Source of the DNA: Candidatus Brocadia sp.
GTDB lineage: Bacteria; Planctomycetota; Brocadiia; Brocadiales; Brocadiaceae
Direction: 5' to 3'
Assembly: GCA_021650915.1 (NCBI GenBank)
Contig: CP091279.1
Coordinates: forward strand, 1,860,001 to 1,892,000
Length of the DNA stretch: 32,000 bases
The translations under genes were made by a program, and so were the position numbers. The notes beneath the pieces were generated by a model, which ran no database searches, was not told where the DNA came from, and was given only the letters and a program-made list of their open reading frames with translations. This document shows positions 1-8,032 of this stretch, piece after piece (position 1 is the first letter of the stretch; each line of letters begins with the position of its first letter).

Positions 1-354
1 GACTTTTTTTACCAAATGGCCGATGAACTGGACAAAATCTCTCTTGGTACGACGGGTTGTCACTTCAACCTGTCTACAACCACCCTTAGGTTCAACTGCC
101 ATGAAAATATTACGGGTGCCGGCACGTTTATACTCGCAGTCCTCTTTGACAGGATTGCCCGGACTGGCAGGAATTGGGAGGCGCGGTTGTTCCAAAAGCT
201 GCTTACTCTTCTCGTCTACGCAAATCACTGGCTCGTCCTCACAATAAGACCTCGTGTAGAGTTCCAGCAAATCATACATCCTTTGGCGGTATTCCTCAGT
301 CAATTTACCAATACACCACATCAATTTCCGCCACGGCTTACAGTCGTTTTTTTT
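1..354 (-). CDS. IS630 transposase OrfB (DDE domain start), -1 frame relative to OrfA, partial at window edge
   Basis: My translation of the reverse complement of 1-354 gives an uninterrupted IS630 DDE-domain sequence (see the element entry). Codons occupy 3k-2..3k, one nt back from the OrfA frame. Confidence 0.8.
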
Positions 355-776
355 AGAAAGAGACGGATACTTTCACGACTAATCTTTCTAAGTTTTAGCT
401 GTTGCCTTATTGCTTCAGTCAACAGGGCGATTGTCCAGCGCCTGGCACCCTTCGGTGGTGCACTACATGCCAAAGCTACGACTTCGGCTTGTTGGTTGGT
501 TCCGTATTTTACCGGCTGACCGGGTCTGACAACATCGTGAAGTGCATAATCCAAGCCCTTCTCAAGATATGCAGAGCGTGTCCGCCAAATGGCAGTGCGG
601 CCAACACCCAGAACAGACAGAATATGTTTTTCAGGCACATTTTGGTCTAAAGCCGATAATATATGCGCACGATTGACTTCTCTTGTCATGTGCTGCCCCT
701 TGGAGCGAAATGACTTCAAGGCTGCTCGTTCTTCCTCGGTAAGTTGAATTTTTGCTTGTCTCATGAAGCACAGCAT
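321..776 (-). CDS. IS630 transposase OrfA (helix-turn-helix / winged-helix DNA-binding part)
   Basis: 151-aa ORF: 'LTEEERAALKSFRSKGQHMTREVNRAHILSALDQNVPEKHILSVLGVGRTAIWRTR..PGQPVKYGTNQQAEVVALACSAPPKGARRWTIALL'. This is the usual IS630 N-terminal double-HTH layout. It ends just after an A8 run. Confidence 0.85.
   Translation of the reverse strand: MLCFMRQAKIQLTEEERAALKSFRSKGQHMTREVNRAHILSALDQNVPEKHILSVLGVGRTAIWRTRSAYLEKGLDYALHDVVRPGQPVKYGTNQQAEVVALACSAPPKGARRWTIALLTEAIRQQLKLRKISRESIRLFLKKTTVSRGGN
347..354 (-). promoter_or_regulatory. A8 run placed as A_AAA_AAA in the OrfA zero frame: candidate -1 ribosomal (or transcriptional) slippage site joining OrfA and OrfB
   Basis: Minus strand reads cta aaa aaa acg in the OrfA frame. 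Stepping back 1 nt gives aaa aaa aac gac tgt aag ccg tgg = KKNDCKPW, continuing the transposase. Confidence 0.5.
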
Positions 777-804
777 AATGTATTGTAATTAATTTGTCAA
801 CACA

Positions 805-2052
805 CTAGTATAACGTTTCACAAAAACATTGACAAATACTATGTTAGTAGATCGAATTTTTTCCAGCGATGAATAACGGGGGCTTCATTAATTTCAGATA
901 TTCCTTTTAATATTCTATTTCGCAATTCGACAACAGAATCAACCCTAATGTGCTTTAAGAAGGTTCGGGCCATTTTACCAAATAGTGTTTCCACCAGATT
1001 AAGCCAGGAGCCGTGCTTTGGAGTATGAACATAAACGAATCTATTTGGCCGGCTTGATAGATATCGCAAGGTCTCTTTTGAAATATGCGCAGAATGATTG
1101 TCTAAAACAATTCGTATCGTATATGCTGATGGATAAAAGGCATCCAGTTCTTTTAAAAGCTCGATAAATTCTTTGCTTCTGTGACGTTCATGAACCTGGG
1201 CTATTACATGCCCTGTATGCAAATCTAAAGCGGCTAATATGCTCACGGTTCCCAAGCGTTTATATTCATAATCTCGGAGAACCTGAGGACATTTACCAGC
1301 TATAGGTTTTAAGTCTGGTGCAATATTTTTTATTGCCTGAACACCGGGCTTTTCATCTACGGAAACGGTAATCGTTCGATTGCCAGAAATTTTTTCTGAA
1401 GCATCTTGTTTGTTTTGCAGGTTAACCTCTTGGTAAACCATAAGGACGTCTTCCATTTTACGCTTAAATTCTGGATCCCGTTTCTCTAAATAATAGCGTA
1501 TCTTATGTGGTTGTACGGGATGTTCTTTTAATATTCTATGAATCGTGGCTTTTGAGGCCTTTGAAAGACACGCATATCCCTCCTGGGGGGCATATTTTCT
1601 TGTGTGTTTTGCTAAAAGGCTTTGCGTCCACAGTTCTGCTGCATATCCATGGTCTTTGGGTTTTGTGCATGCAATATTTACAACCCACATCTTTGCATTC
1701 TCGGTAATTGTGGGCTCTTTGGGCCGATGATATTTATCTCTTAGCGCTTCTTCCGGGCCTAACGCCAATGCCTTTTCAATGTATTTATAAATGGTTTCCC
1801 TGCTTAGCCCTATCGATTTTTGAATTGCTGTTATAGATTCTTCTTGATACTTCTTAAGAAGCACTTATGCTCTCTTTACTTCCCGAAGAGGAGCAGTGCG
1901 AGATCGAGCAGTGTTTTCTAATTTGCATAACTGTTCCGGACTAAGAGATAATTTTGGCTTTTTACTAATTCCCGACACCTTGGCCTCCTTTTTTAAGGCC
2001 AATATAAATGCCGGATACTTATTTGTCAAGGTTTTTACGAAACGTTATACTG
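805..2052 (-). mobile_element. IS630-family insertion sequence, copy 2, complete with terminal inverted repeats (boundaries +/- about 5 bp)
   Basis: The reverse complement of 805-838 (tatttgtcaatgtttttgtgaaacgttatactag) matches 2020-2053 (tatttgtcaaggtttttacgaaacgttatactgg) with 4 mismatches in 34. The match can be extended to 802/2056. That extension overlaps the end of the neighbouring ISNCY-type element. Confidence 0.8.
839..1978 (-). pseudogene. IS630-family transposase interrupted by one in-frame TAA (codon at 1865-1867)
   Basis: GTG at 1978 is preceded by AGGAGG (1984-1989). It opens 'VSGISKKPKLSLSPEQLCKLENTARSRTAPLREVKRA' then TAA. The same frame continues 'LLKKYQEESITAIQKSIGLSRETIYKY..VDEKPGVQA..LDNHSAHISKE..GSWLNLVETLF' (track ORF 839-1864). 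1140 nt = 380 codons in one frame. Confidence 0.8.
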
Positions 2053-2210
2053 GTGTCTGAACGAAAACACGTTTTTTTTTAAAAAGCGGCAGGATGGTTT
2101 TTCACTTACGAAAATCTTTTCTTAAAATTTGTGCTAAGCTTTTGGTAAAAGCAAGCTTCTTTTCCTCATTTGTCTTGTTTTCTTACTATTTTCGATAAGT
2201 CTGGGCATAC

Positions 2211-2319
2211 TATACTCAGTGAGTTCACAAAATGTGATTTTTGAAACACTTTAACCATTTATGTAAAAAAAAGTTATATAGAATATCAGAAATCATTGTT
2301 TGCGAACCCTTAGAGTATA
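2211..2319 (+). repeat. 109-bp terminal segment of the IS1380-like element, nested in the ISNCY derivative; inverted copy of 14445-14553
   Basis: Manual alignment of 2211-2319 with the reverse complement of 14445-14553 gives 97/109 identical with no gaps. Homology stops abruptly on both sides. Confidence 0.75.
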
Positions 2320-2954
2320 TAATTTCAACAACTCCTTGTTCTCTCGCTTATAAAACCCCTTGTCAAAACTTATGCACTCTATCGCATCTCCTCCAAATCG
2401 ATTCAACAACCTCTCTGCCAGCGAAATCGACACCGACACCTCCGCCTGCCTCTCGACAACCTGATGCTCTACGAAAAAACCTCATTGACGCTTGCCACCA
2501 GAATGTTATGCCCCAATTCCACCCGTTTGTTTGCCTTTCCCTTGTGCAGCCACTCCGTATGCGGCTCAAATAACGAATATACCTTCTCTTCCACCGGTAT
2601 CTGCTCACCTCTGACCACCATTCTCTCCACAAGCTCAATGTGCCTTTTCAACATCCGATGAAAATACTCGAGTCTATCGAGTTTTACTCCACATACTGCC
2701 GCCTGATTTATTGCGAGCATCCTCCCGTAGATCGCCAACATGCGCTCATCTATCTTTTCACTCAAGCACCTTGCCAATCCAAGATACCGTTTTACCTGAT
2801 CCTTCGCTGCCTCTTCGTTCAATTCCTGGGTGACGTAGATATGTTGCAATGCCCTCAATATCGGAGGTAGCTCATCCCTGCTTTTTAATGGTAGTTTTAC
2901 TTCTGAAATGGATATGACTCTCAGCTTCCTCTGCTGCTCAAATCGCTTTCTCAT
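2317..2954 (-). pseudogene. ISNCY-type transposase remnant (N-terminus fused to a C-proximal part, frameshifted, 3' end replaced)
   Basis: ORF 2469-2954: 'MRKRFEQQRKLRVISISEVKLPLKSRDELPPILRALQHIY..EYFHRMLKRHIELVERMVVRGEQIPVEEKVYSLFEPHTEWLHKGKANKRVELGHNILVAS'. A shifted frame then reads 'FFVEHQVVERQAEVSVSISLAERLLNRFGGDAIECISFDKGFYKRENKELLKLY'. This parallels the copy at 30747-31508. About 200 aa of the middle are missing. Confidence 0.75.
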
Positions 2955-3583
2955 CTTTTCACTAATATCCTTTGCCTTTTTTGTTTATGCCTCGAATACG
3001 AGGACTCTTCCACCTAAGAATCCCTTCATTTTCTCCCTATTTTACCCTTTTACCCGTAAGATATTTAACGACTTCCATGAATGCTTTTCACCTGCTTAGC
3101 CTTATTTTACAGAGCTTTGGTCTGTTTCCGTTCAAACACCAACTACGAGAAAGACGTACGGCTTAAAAAGTTGCGTTGCTTATTGCTCTGTGCTTCTGGC
3201 GACGATTGGGGGCTGGAGGCGATTCGTCTCCTTCCTGCCAGCTAATGTCGCTGAGTGTAGCGTTCGGCTAGAAAGTAATTTTTGCCTTTGATTCCAGGTA
3301 TTTTGGATGCTCAGAATGCAGCAGAGAAGAATGGTATGTCTCCATCCCGGTTTTTGTTGCTCAGAATGGTTTGGGCCTGGCTATTTCCCAGGCCTTTTCG
3401 CCTACAATGCCACCGGGTAACTCCGCAAACCGCCAGATATTGAAGTTTATTACTGATTTTTGTATAGCAAAGGTATTATGAAAGGCCGATTTTCGCTACG
3501 TGAAAATCATTTGCAGAATTTAGGTAATAAAAGGGCTTGACAAACCAGTCCACTTCTCAGAGCAACATCTTCGCTAACAAAAT

Positions 3584-4726
3584 CTACAAGGCTCCTGCAT
3601 CCTTATAAACTCTGGCTGTTTGTTCTAAGATTATCCCTTCATCAAAGATATCGACTGCCCGCTTGCGACTTTCTACACCCATTTTATTTATCAAATCTGG
3701 CTCTTGAACAAACTTAAGCATACACCTTGCTAATGATTCAACATCTTTGGGCGGTGTCAAAAAACCATTGATACCGTCCACAACCACTTCCTTACAACCC
3801 TTAGTATTTGTAGTAATAATCGACTTCCCTTTAGCAGCAGCTTCTATTAATGCACGGGGAACTCCTTCTGGATAATACGAGGGTAAGACGACAACGTCCG
3901 AGTCATCCAACAAAATCAATACCTCTTCAAAAGGGATGCTTCCAACCCATCTAGCAATTCCTCTTGCATTAACATCGTTTAGCCATTTTTCAGGAATTGC
4001 GTCTGGATTTCCTTTTGCACCAGCACCAGAAGCACCGCCAGCCAAAACAAAATTGATTTCAGGGAACTGCTTTTTAATCTTCTCTGCTGCATGAACAAAT
4101 TCATTTATGCCTTTACTCCAAAGCATCCTTGAGATCAGGAGAAATTGCAAGCTATTGTTGCGTCGTCTAGTTGTATTTGGATAAACAACTTTCGTATTAA
4201 CTCCTGAGCCAAGAATAACTCGAGCATTTGCTTTTTTAACGAGATTATTCGAAACAAATAATTGATAATCGTCCTTGTTTTGGAAAATTACCTGTGGTCG
4301 ACCCGACAAAGCAAATTTATAGAGCATCATTGAAGTGCGCATCAGGAGACCATCTTTTGCAAATACATAACCTAGTCCTGTAATTGAATTTAAAACAACA
4401 GGAACTTTTGCCCATTTAGCAGCCAATGAACCAAAAATAACGCATTTTACGGTGAAGTGGTGAACAAGAGTTGGTAACTCTTGATTGTAAAGTAACTTTA
4501 ATCGCCAGATAAGTAAAGCATCGGCAATAGGATTCTTCCCCTTATGATCGATACGAATATTGATAAATTTTATACCTTCTCTAGAAAACTTATCAGCATA
4601 ACCAGCTTCATCGTTGGCTACTGCAACAACAGACCATCCTTCATCAGCAAGATATTTCATTAAAGGAATTCTAAAGTTAAACAATGCAAATCCCGTATTG
4701 GCAACAAATAAAGCTTTTTTCCCCAT
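3584..4726 (-). CDS. GT4-family (GT-B fold) glycosyltransferase
   Basis: 380 aa. N-terminus 'KKALFVANTGFALFNFRIPLMKYLADEGWSVVAV' and C-terminal 'LPSYYPEGVPRALIEAAAKGKSIITTNTKGCKEVVVDGINGFL' (E-x7-E type motif) are typical of capsule/O-antigen GT4 enzymes. Confidence 0.85.
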   Translation of the reverse strand: MGKKALFVANTGFALFNFRIPLMKYLADEGWSVVAVANDEAGYADKFSREGIKFINIRIDHKGKNPIADALLIWRLKLLYNQELPTLVHHFTVKCVIFGSLAAKWAKVPVVLNSITGLGYVFAKDGLLMRTSMMLYKFALSGRPQVIFQNKDDYQLFVSNNLVKKANARVILGSGVNTKVVYPNTTRRRNNSLQFLLISRMLWSKGINEFVHAAEKIKKQFPEINFVLAGGASGAGAKGNPDAIPEKWLNDVNARGIARWVGSIPFEEVLILLDDSDVVVLPSYYPEGVPRALIEAAAKGKSIITTNTKGCKEVVVDGINGFLTPPKDVESLARCMLKFVQEPDLINKMGVESRKRAVDIFDEGIILEQTARVYKDAGAL

Positions 4727-4737
4727 ATCTCTATTTA

Positions 4738-6648
4738 TTATTTCCTATGCAAATATTTCGGAGGTAGTGCCCCACGATATCTTCCTCCATCTTGACCTGG
4801 CCAACCTTTAGGTAAAGTAACGGCTCCTTCTGCCGCAGGACCATCAGGATCGGGATAATAATTGATATCCAATTGAGGATTGGCTTGGATACCAGAATTT
4901 TCAAACCCTTTAGCATATATTGATTTGGAAGATGTAAAGAAAGATGACTTCTTGAATACAGCTAAGGAATTAAAATTTCTTATGCTTAAGCCGTCACTAA
5001 AATTTTCAAAAATTGGATTTGTTAGTGGAGTTGAAGAGAAATAATATAAATTACCATCAAGTATCTGTGATCCATCTGCTACTCGCACTGACCTTGCGAC
5101 CATGTGGTTTGCTGTCTGAACGAAGATATTATTATAAACTTCATGAGGATTGCCAGGAAAAAATGTACTATAAGCATATTCATAGCCAGCACCCAAACGC
5201 ACCCAATTCCCATTACGTGCATCTGCCATCAAAATCGTATTATTGTATATTTTCCAAGGATCTCCTTGTCCGATGCCCCTGATGCCATGCCTCCCAAAGG
5301 GGGGGCCTGCGAGCATCCCATCGCCTGTCTTTTTCCATATAAATGATCCTGGACGGCTATGGAAAAATTTTCTCCTTGCATCGATGATATTATGATGAAT
5401 ATACTTTGTCCCTGGATCAAGCGGTGTCTGCCCTTGTTCTTGTCTTGACACACTCCTTGTTACATTTAGAAATCTGTTGTGGTCTATTTCAAAATGGTAG
5501 CCTCCCGAATTAATCTGCATTATGTCATCTACTATATTATCAAAAGTATTATTATGTACATGGAAATTATAAAGAATTCTATTAGTAACTATTCCATCAA
5601 ATAAATTCATAAAAGTGGAATTCTTTATTTCAATATCATGATTATTTTCACCCAAAATTAAAGGTGATAACTTCAAAGACCCTGCAACATAAGTAGTACT
5701 GTCACCCGGTGGACTTGTTTCAACTTTAACATCCGAATAACATATCCAAGGAGGAAAATAATCAATTATGGTAATCCCATCAAGCGTAAGGTGATGAGTT
5801 TCGCCGATAACCCGGATATGTGTTCTTCCGCCCAATATGTTGCAATTTTTTACTATAATATGATGGGCATAAGAATTGATTAATAAGGCATTTAACCCAG
5901 AACGGATAGCCAAGCCTTCCATATGAATATGAGATACTCCTCGGGAAATTTGGATAAATTCTCTGGATGGATAGAGATAAATCACTGTCTGTCGTGGATC
6001 AGTATTTGAGGGATAGAGATACCTTCTTTGCTCTTGGATATCGCTATGTTGCAGTCTTATAAATATTTTCTTTTTGGTAGGACTGTCACTTCTTTTGTCA
6101 TAATATACACCAGGTCCCACGTAAATATATCTGCTTTTAGAAAAATTCTCATTATCTGATGAAAAATCCCCATATCTGGCATAGGGAACTAATCGGTACT
6201 TATTATTGCCCTCCTGAAAATATCCCTGAATGTTAGCAATGCTAAAACTCCTTGAGGACACAAAAATCTTCCGTTTGGCGTCAACAACCTGCCATTCTGA
6301 ATTGGGGATGCTACGAAATTCTAGAAAATCCCCTGCATCTTCGAGTAAAGGAGTTTCTCCAGGATAATTTTTAATAGTGATGGGTTCTGCTTCTGTTCCA
6401 CTTCTGGAAAGGGTTATGTTGCTTTCAAGGTAAGTTCCACCACGCAGATATAACGTATCCCCTGGTTGCATTTTAGAGATACTTTTTCCTACGGTTTTCC
6501 AAGGGTTACTTATATTTCCCGTTTTCGCATCATTACCATTATTCGGATCGACATAGTATATATTCCCAAATGCCAAACTCTGTTCATAAGAAAAATGACT
6601 ACAGCACAAACTTGTACAAAGCATAAATAAAATAAGGAAAATATTCAT
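4738..6648 (-). CDS. Secreted right-handed parallel beta-helix protein (polysaccharide lyase / glycanase / C5-epimerase-like)
   Basis: 636 aa. Signal peptide 'MNIFLILFMLCTSLCCS'. 'YYVDPNNGNDAKTGNISNPWKTVGKSISKMQPGDTLYLRGGTY' is the usual N-terminal cap of DUF1565/pectate-lyase-fold proteins. There is a recurrent Asn-ladder of rungs: IVKNCNILGG, IEIKNSTF, HVHNNTFDNI, EIDHNRFLNV, IHHNIID, IYNNTIL, VYNNIFV. Confidence 0.7.
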   Translation of the reverse strand: MNIFLILFMLCTSLCCSHFSYEQSLAFGNIYYVDPNNGNDAKTGNISNPWKTVGKSISKMQPGDTLYLRGGTYLESNITLSRSGTEAEPITIKNYPGETPLLEDAGDFLEFRSIPNSEWQVVDAKRKIFVSSRSFSIANIQGYFQEGNNKYRLVPYARYGDFSSDNENFSKSRYIYVGPGVYYDKRSDSPTKKKIFIRLQHSDIQEQRRYLYPSNTDPRQTVIYLYPSREFIQISRGVSHIHMEGLAIRSGLNALLINSYAHHIIVKNCNILGGRTHIRVIGETHHLTLDGITIIDYFPPWICYSDVKVETSPPGDSTTYVAGSLKLSPLILGENNHDIEIKNSTFMNLFDGIVTNRILYNFHVHNNTFDNIVDDIMQINSGGYHFEIDHNRFLNVTRSVSRQEQGQTPLDPGTKYIHHNIIDARRKFFHSRPGSFIWKKTGDGMLAGPPFGRHGIRGIGQGDPWKIYNNTILMADARNGNWVRLGAGYEYAYSTFFPGNPHEVYNNIFVQTANHMVARSVRVADGSQILDGNLYYFSSTPLTNPIFENFSDGLSIRNFNSLAVFKKSSFFTSSKSIYAKGFENSGIQANPQLDINYYPDPDGPAAEGAVTLPKGWPGQDGGRYRGALPPKYLHRK

Positions 6649-6715
6649 AGTTTCGTGTTACAAAGGTATTAAAATTAAGAAAGATATGAAATAAAATACT
6701 CTTCAATTCAGCATG

Positions 6716-7975
6716 CTAAGGTTTACAATTCTGATTTAGTGGTTGTAGTTCTGATAGTTGGTAATATTTGTCGGCTTGGCGCTTGTAAATAATAAAAGAG
6801 ACGATAGAAACCAACGCAATAGACACCCACATACACCGAAAGCGGATACCATTATGTAACATGTTAAATAATAATAAAGACATAAAAAAGAACCATTTAT
6901 AGGGAAAATTTCCAAGTCTAATAAAAAAAAATATTGAACCCCCTAAAAATAATACAATGCCAATCATGCCATAAGAATCAAAAATCTCCGTTATTATGTT
7001 ATGGGCTTCTTGCCCTGTCGTACTGTCACCAACACTTATTTCTCCGAATCTACCTTTATCACCGCCTCTTCCAAGTATAACTTCAAATTTATTCTGCTCT
7101 TTAACATGCCCTAAAATTCGCTTATATAAGCTTGCTTTAATATCATAATTAGTGAATCTCTTAGTCATTAATTGCGTATATTGAGTTTGAGTCGGATCAT
7201 TTAGAGACTTCATATTAAAAACAGCATCACTTTGCATAATGACTATCGAAGTGACAACTAACATAGTTACTGGTACGAAAAATGATTTTTTATATTTTCC
7301 AAGTAATTTATAGAATAGATAAATATCTAACAAAATGATAACAGCAAGACCAGCCCTTGAAACAGATACCATAACAAAGACGTTCGAAAATATCAAAATT
7401 ATAATATTTAATATCCAGTACATTGCCTTTTTATTTCGTGTTTCTGTGTTAGCATAATTGATTAATATAAGCATGGAAATTATTAAAATTGCGTAGTAAG
7501 CCAATTGATTTGGGTTGTTAAATGATAGGGCATTTCTCACTGTTCCACCCTTAGCTTCTATCAGCCATGGGGTTATACAGGACACTAACAAACTCCAATA
7601 AAGATAAAATACTCCTTTTGGATTTGAGAAAATCCGATTAAATACAATAGAAAAAAGAAATACTATATAAAATCCGAAAATAAGTTGTATCAAAGTGAGG
7701 AAGTATCCCCCTTTAGAAATAGTTTCCATTGAATAGTACGAATTAACGATAACTGCCCATGAAACAAAGGGTATAAATGGACCTATTAAATATATTCCAA
7801 TTTGAATTTCACTAACATTAACTGCAATTAAAGTAGCTAGTGAAAGCAAAATAATTATCACATCAACGAATTGAAATCCACCTGAGGGCAATAAATAAAT
7901 TGGAAGCATTGCAAACGTAAGAATTGTCAGAATAACCACGGGGGTATGTAGATTTTTTTGTGCAAAAATATTCAT
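6716..7975 (-). CDS. Polytopic membrane protein, O-antigen ligase / Wzy polymerase-like
   Basis: 419 aa, about 10 or more hydrophobic spans. 'VSVSRAGLAVIILL' and the loop 'GDSTTGQEAHNIITEIFDSYGMIGIVLF' resemble the Wzy_C/O-antigen-ligase signature. No exosortase-type CSG motif. Confidence 0.7.
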   Translation of the reverse strand: MNIFAQKNLHTPVVILTILTFAMLPIYLLPSGGFQFVDVIIILLSLATLIAVNVSEIQIGIYLIGPFIPFVSWAVIVNSYYSMETISKGGYFLTLIQLIFGFYIVFLFSIVFNRIFSNPKGVFYLYWSLLVSCITPWLIEAKGGTVRNALSFNNPNQLAYYAILIISMLILINYANTETRNKKAMYWILNIIILIFSNVFVMVSVSRAGLAVIILLDIYLFYKLLGKYKKSFFVPVTMLVVTSIVIMQSDAVFNMKSLNDPTQTQYTQLMTKRFTNYDIKASLYKRILGHVKEQNKFEVILGRGGDKGRFGEISVGDSTTGQEAHNIITEIFDSYGMIGIVLFLGGSIFFFIRLGNFPYKWFFFMSLLLFNMLHNGIRFRCMWVSIALVSIVSFIIYKRQADKYYQLSELQPLNQNCKP

Positions 7976-8032
7976 TTTAGAAACACATAAAAATAAAAGA
8001 GAAACAATAGTGTTTTTATAGAACTTAGACTT

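Larger units (their letters stand above)
1..804 (-). mobile_element. IS630-family insertion sequence, copy 1 (its 3' part runs off the left edge; right boundary approximate)
   Basis: Two consecutive minus-strand frames give a typical IS630/Tc1-type transposase. The HTH part is 321-776. The -1 frame then reads 'NDCKPWRKLMWCIGKLTEEYRQRMYDLLELY..VICVDEKSKQLLEQP..EYKRAGTRNIFMAVEPKGG..TTRRTKRDFVQFIGHLVKKV' down to nt 1. The other IS end is outside the window. Confidence 0.85.
2051..3141 (-). mobile_element. ISNCY-type insertion sequence, internally deleted non-autonomous derivative
   Basis: Terminal IRs: tggtgtctgaacgaaaac (2051-2068) versus the reverse complement of 3124-3141 (tggtgtttgaacggaaac), 16/18. 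Segment 2053-2210 is homologous to 30546-30704, the same end of the second copy. The transposase carries an internal deletion, a frameshift and a foreign 109-bp insert. Confidence 0.7.

Noticed and set aside
16-519. Plus-strand ORFs 16-519, 23-247, 174-356 and 402-650, lying opposite IS630 copy 1
   Set aside because: They are antisense shadows of a well-supported minus-strand transposase. Their sequences are low-complexity, with no recognisable motifs.
3142-3583. A slightly GC-richer non-coding patch between the ISNCY derivative and the GT4 gene. It has a stretch translating to '..ILDAQNAAEKNGMSPSRFL..' (ribbon-helix-helix/MobC-like flavour) and a weak hairpin, gattttc-gctacgt-gaaaatc (3488-3508).
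   Set aside because: There is no start codon or intact frame, and the similarity is only impressionistic. The hairpin is AU-rich without a U-tract, so a terminator call is not justified.
6923-6931. Homopolymer tracts inside CDSs as phase-variation switches. Examples are T9 (coding strand) in the Wzy-like gene, the A8 at about 8307-8314 in the amidotransferase and the T8 at about 25010-25017 in the CapD-like gene.
   Set aside because: All genes are currently in frame. Runs of 8-9 A/T are common in DNA this AT-rich. No population data are available to show length variation.
6716-7975. Considered whether the 419-aa membrane protein is an exosortase (EpsH/XrtA), given the exosortase-locus flavour of neighbouring genes
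   Set aside because: There is no CSG-type catalytic Cys motif. The periplasmic-loop 'AHN....YG.IG' pattern fits O-antigen ligase/Wzy proteins better.
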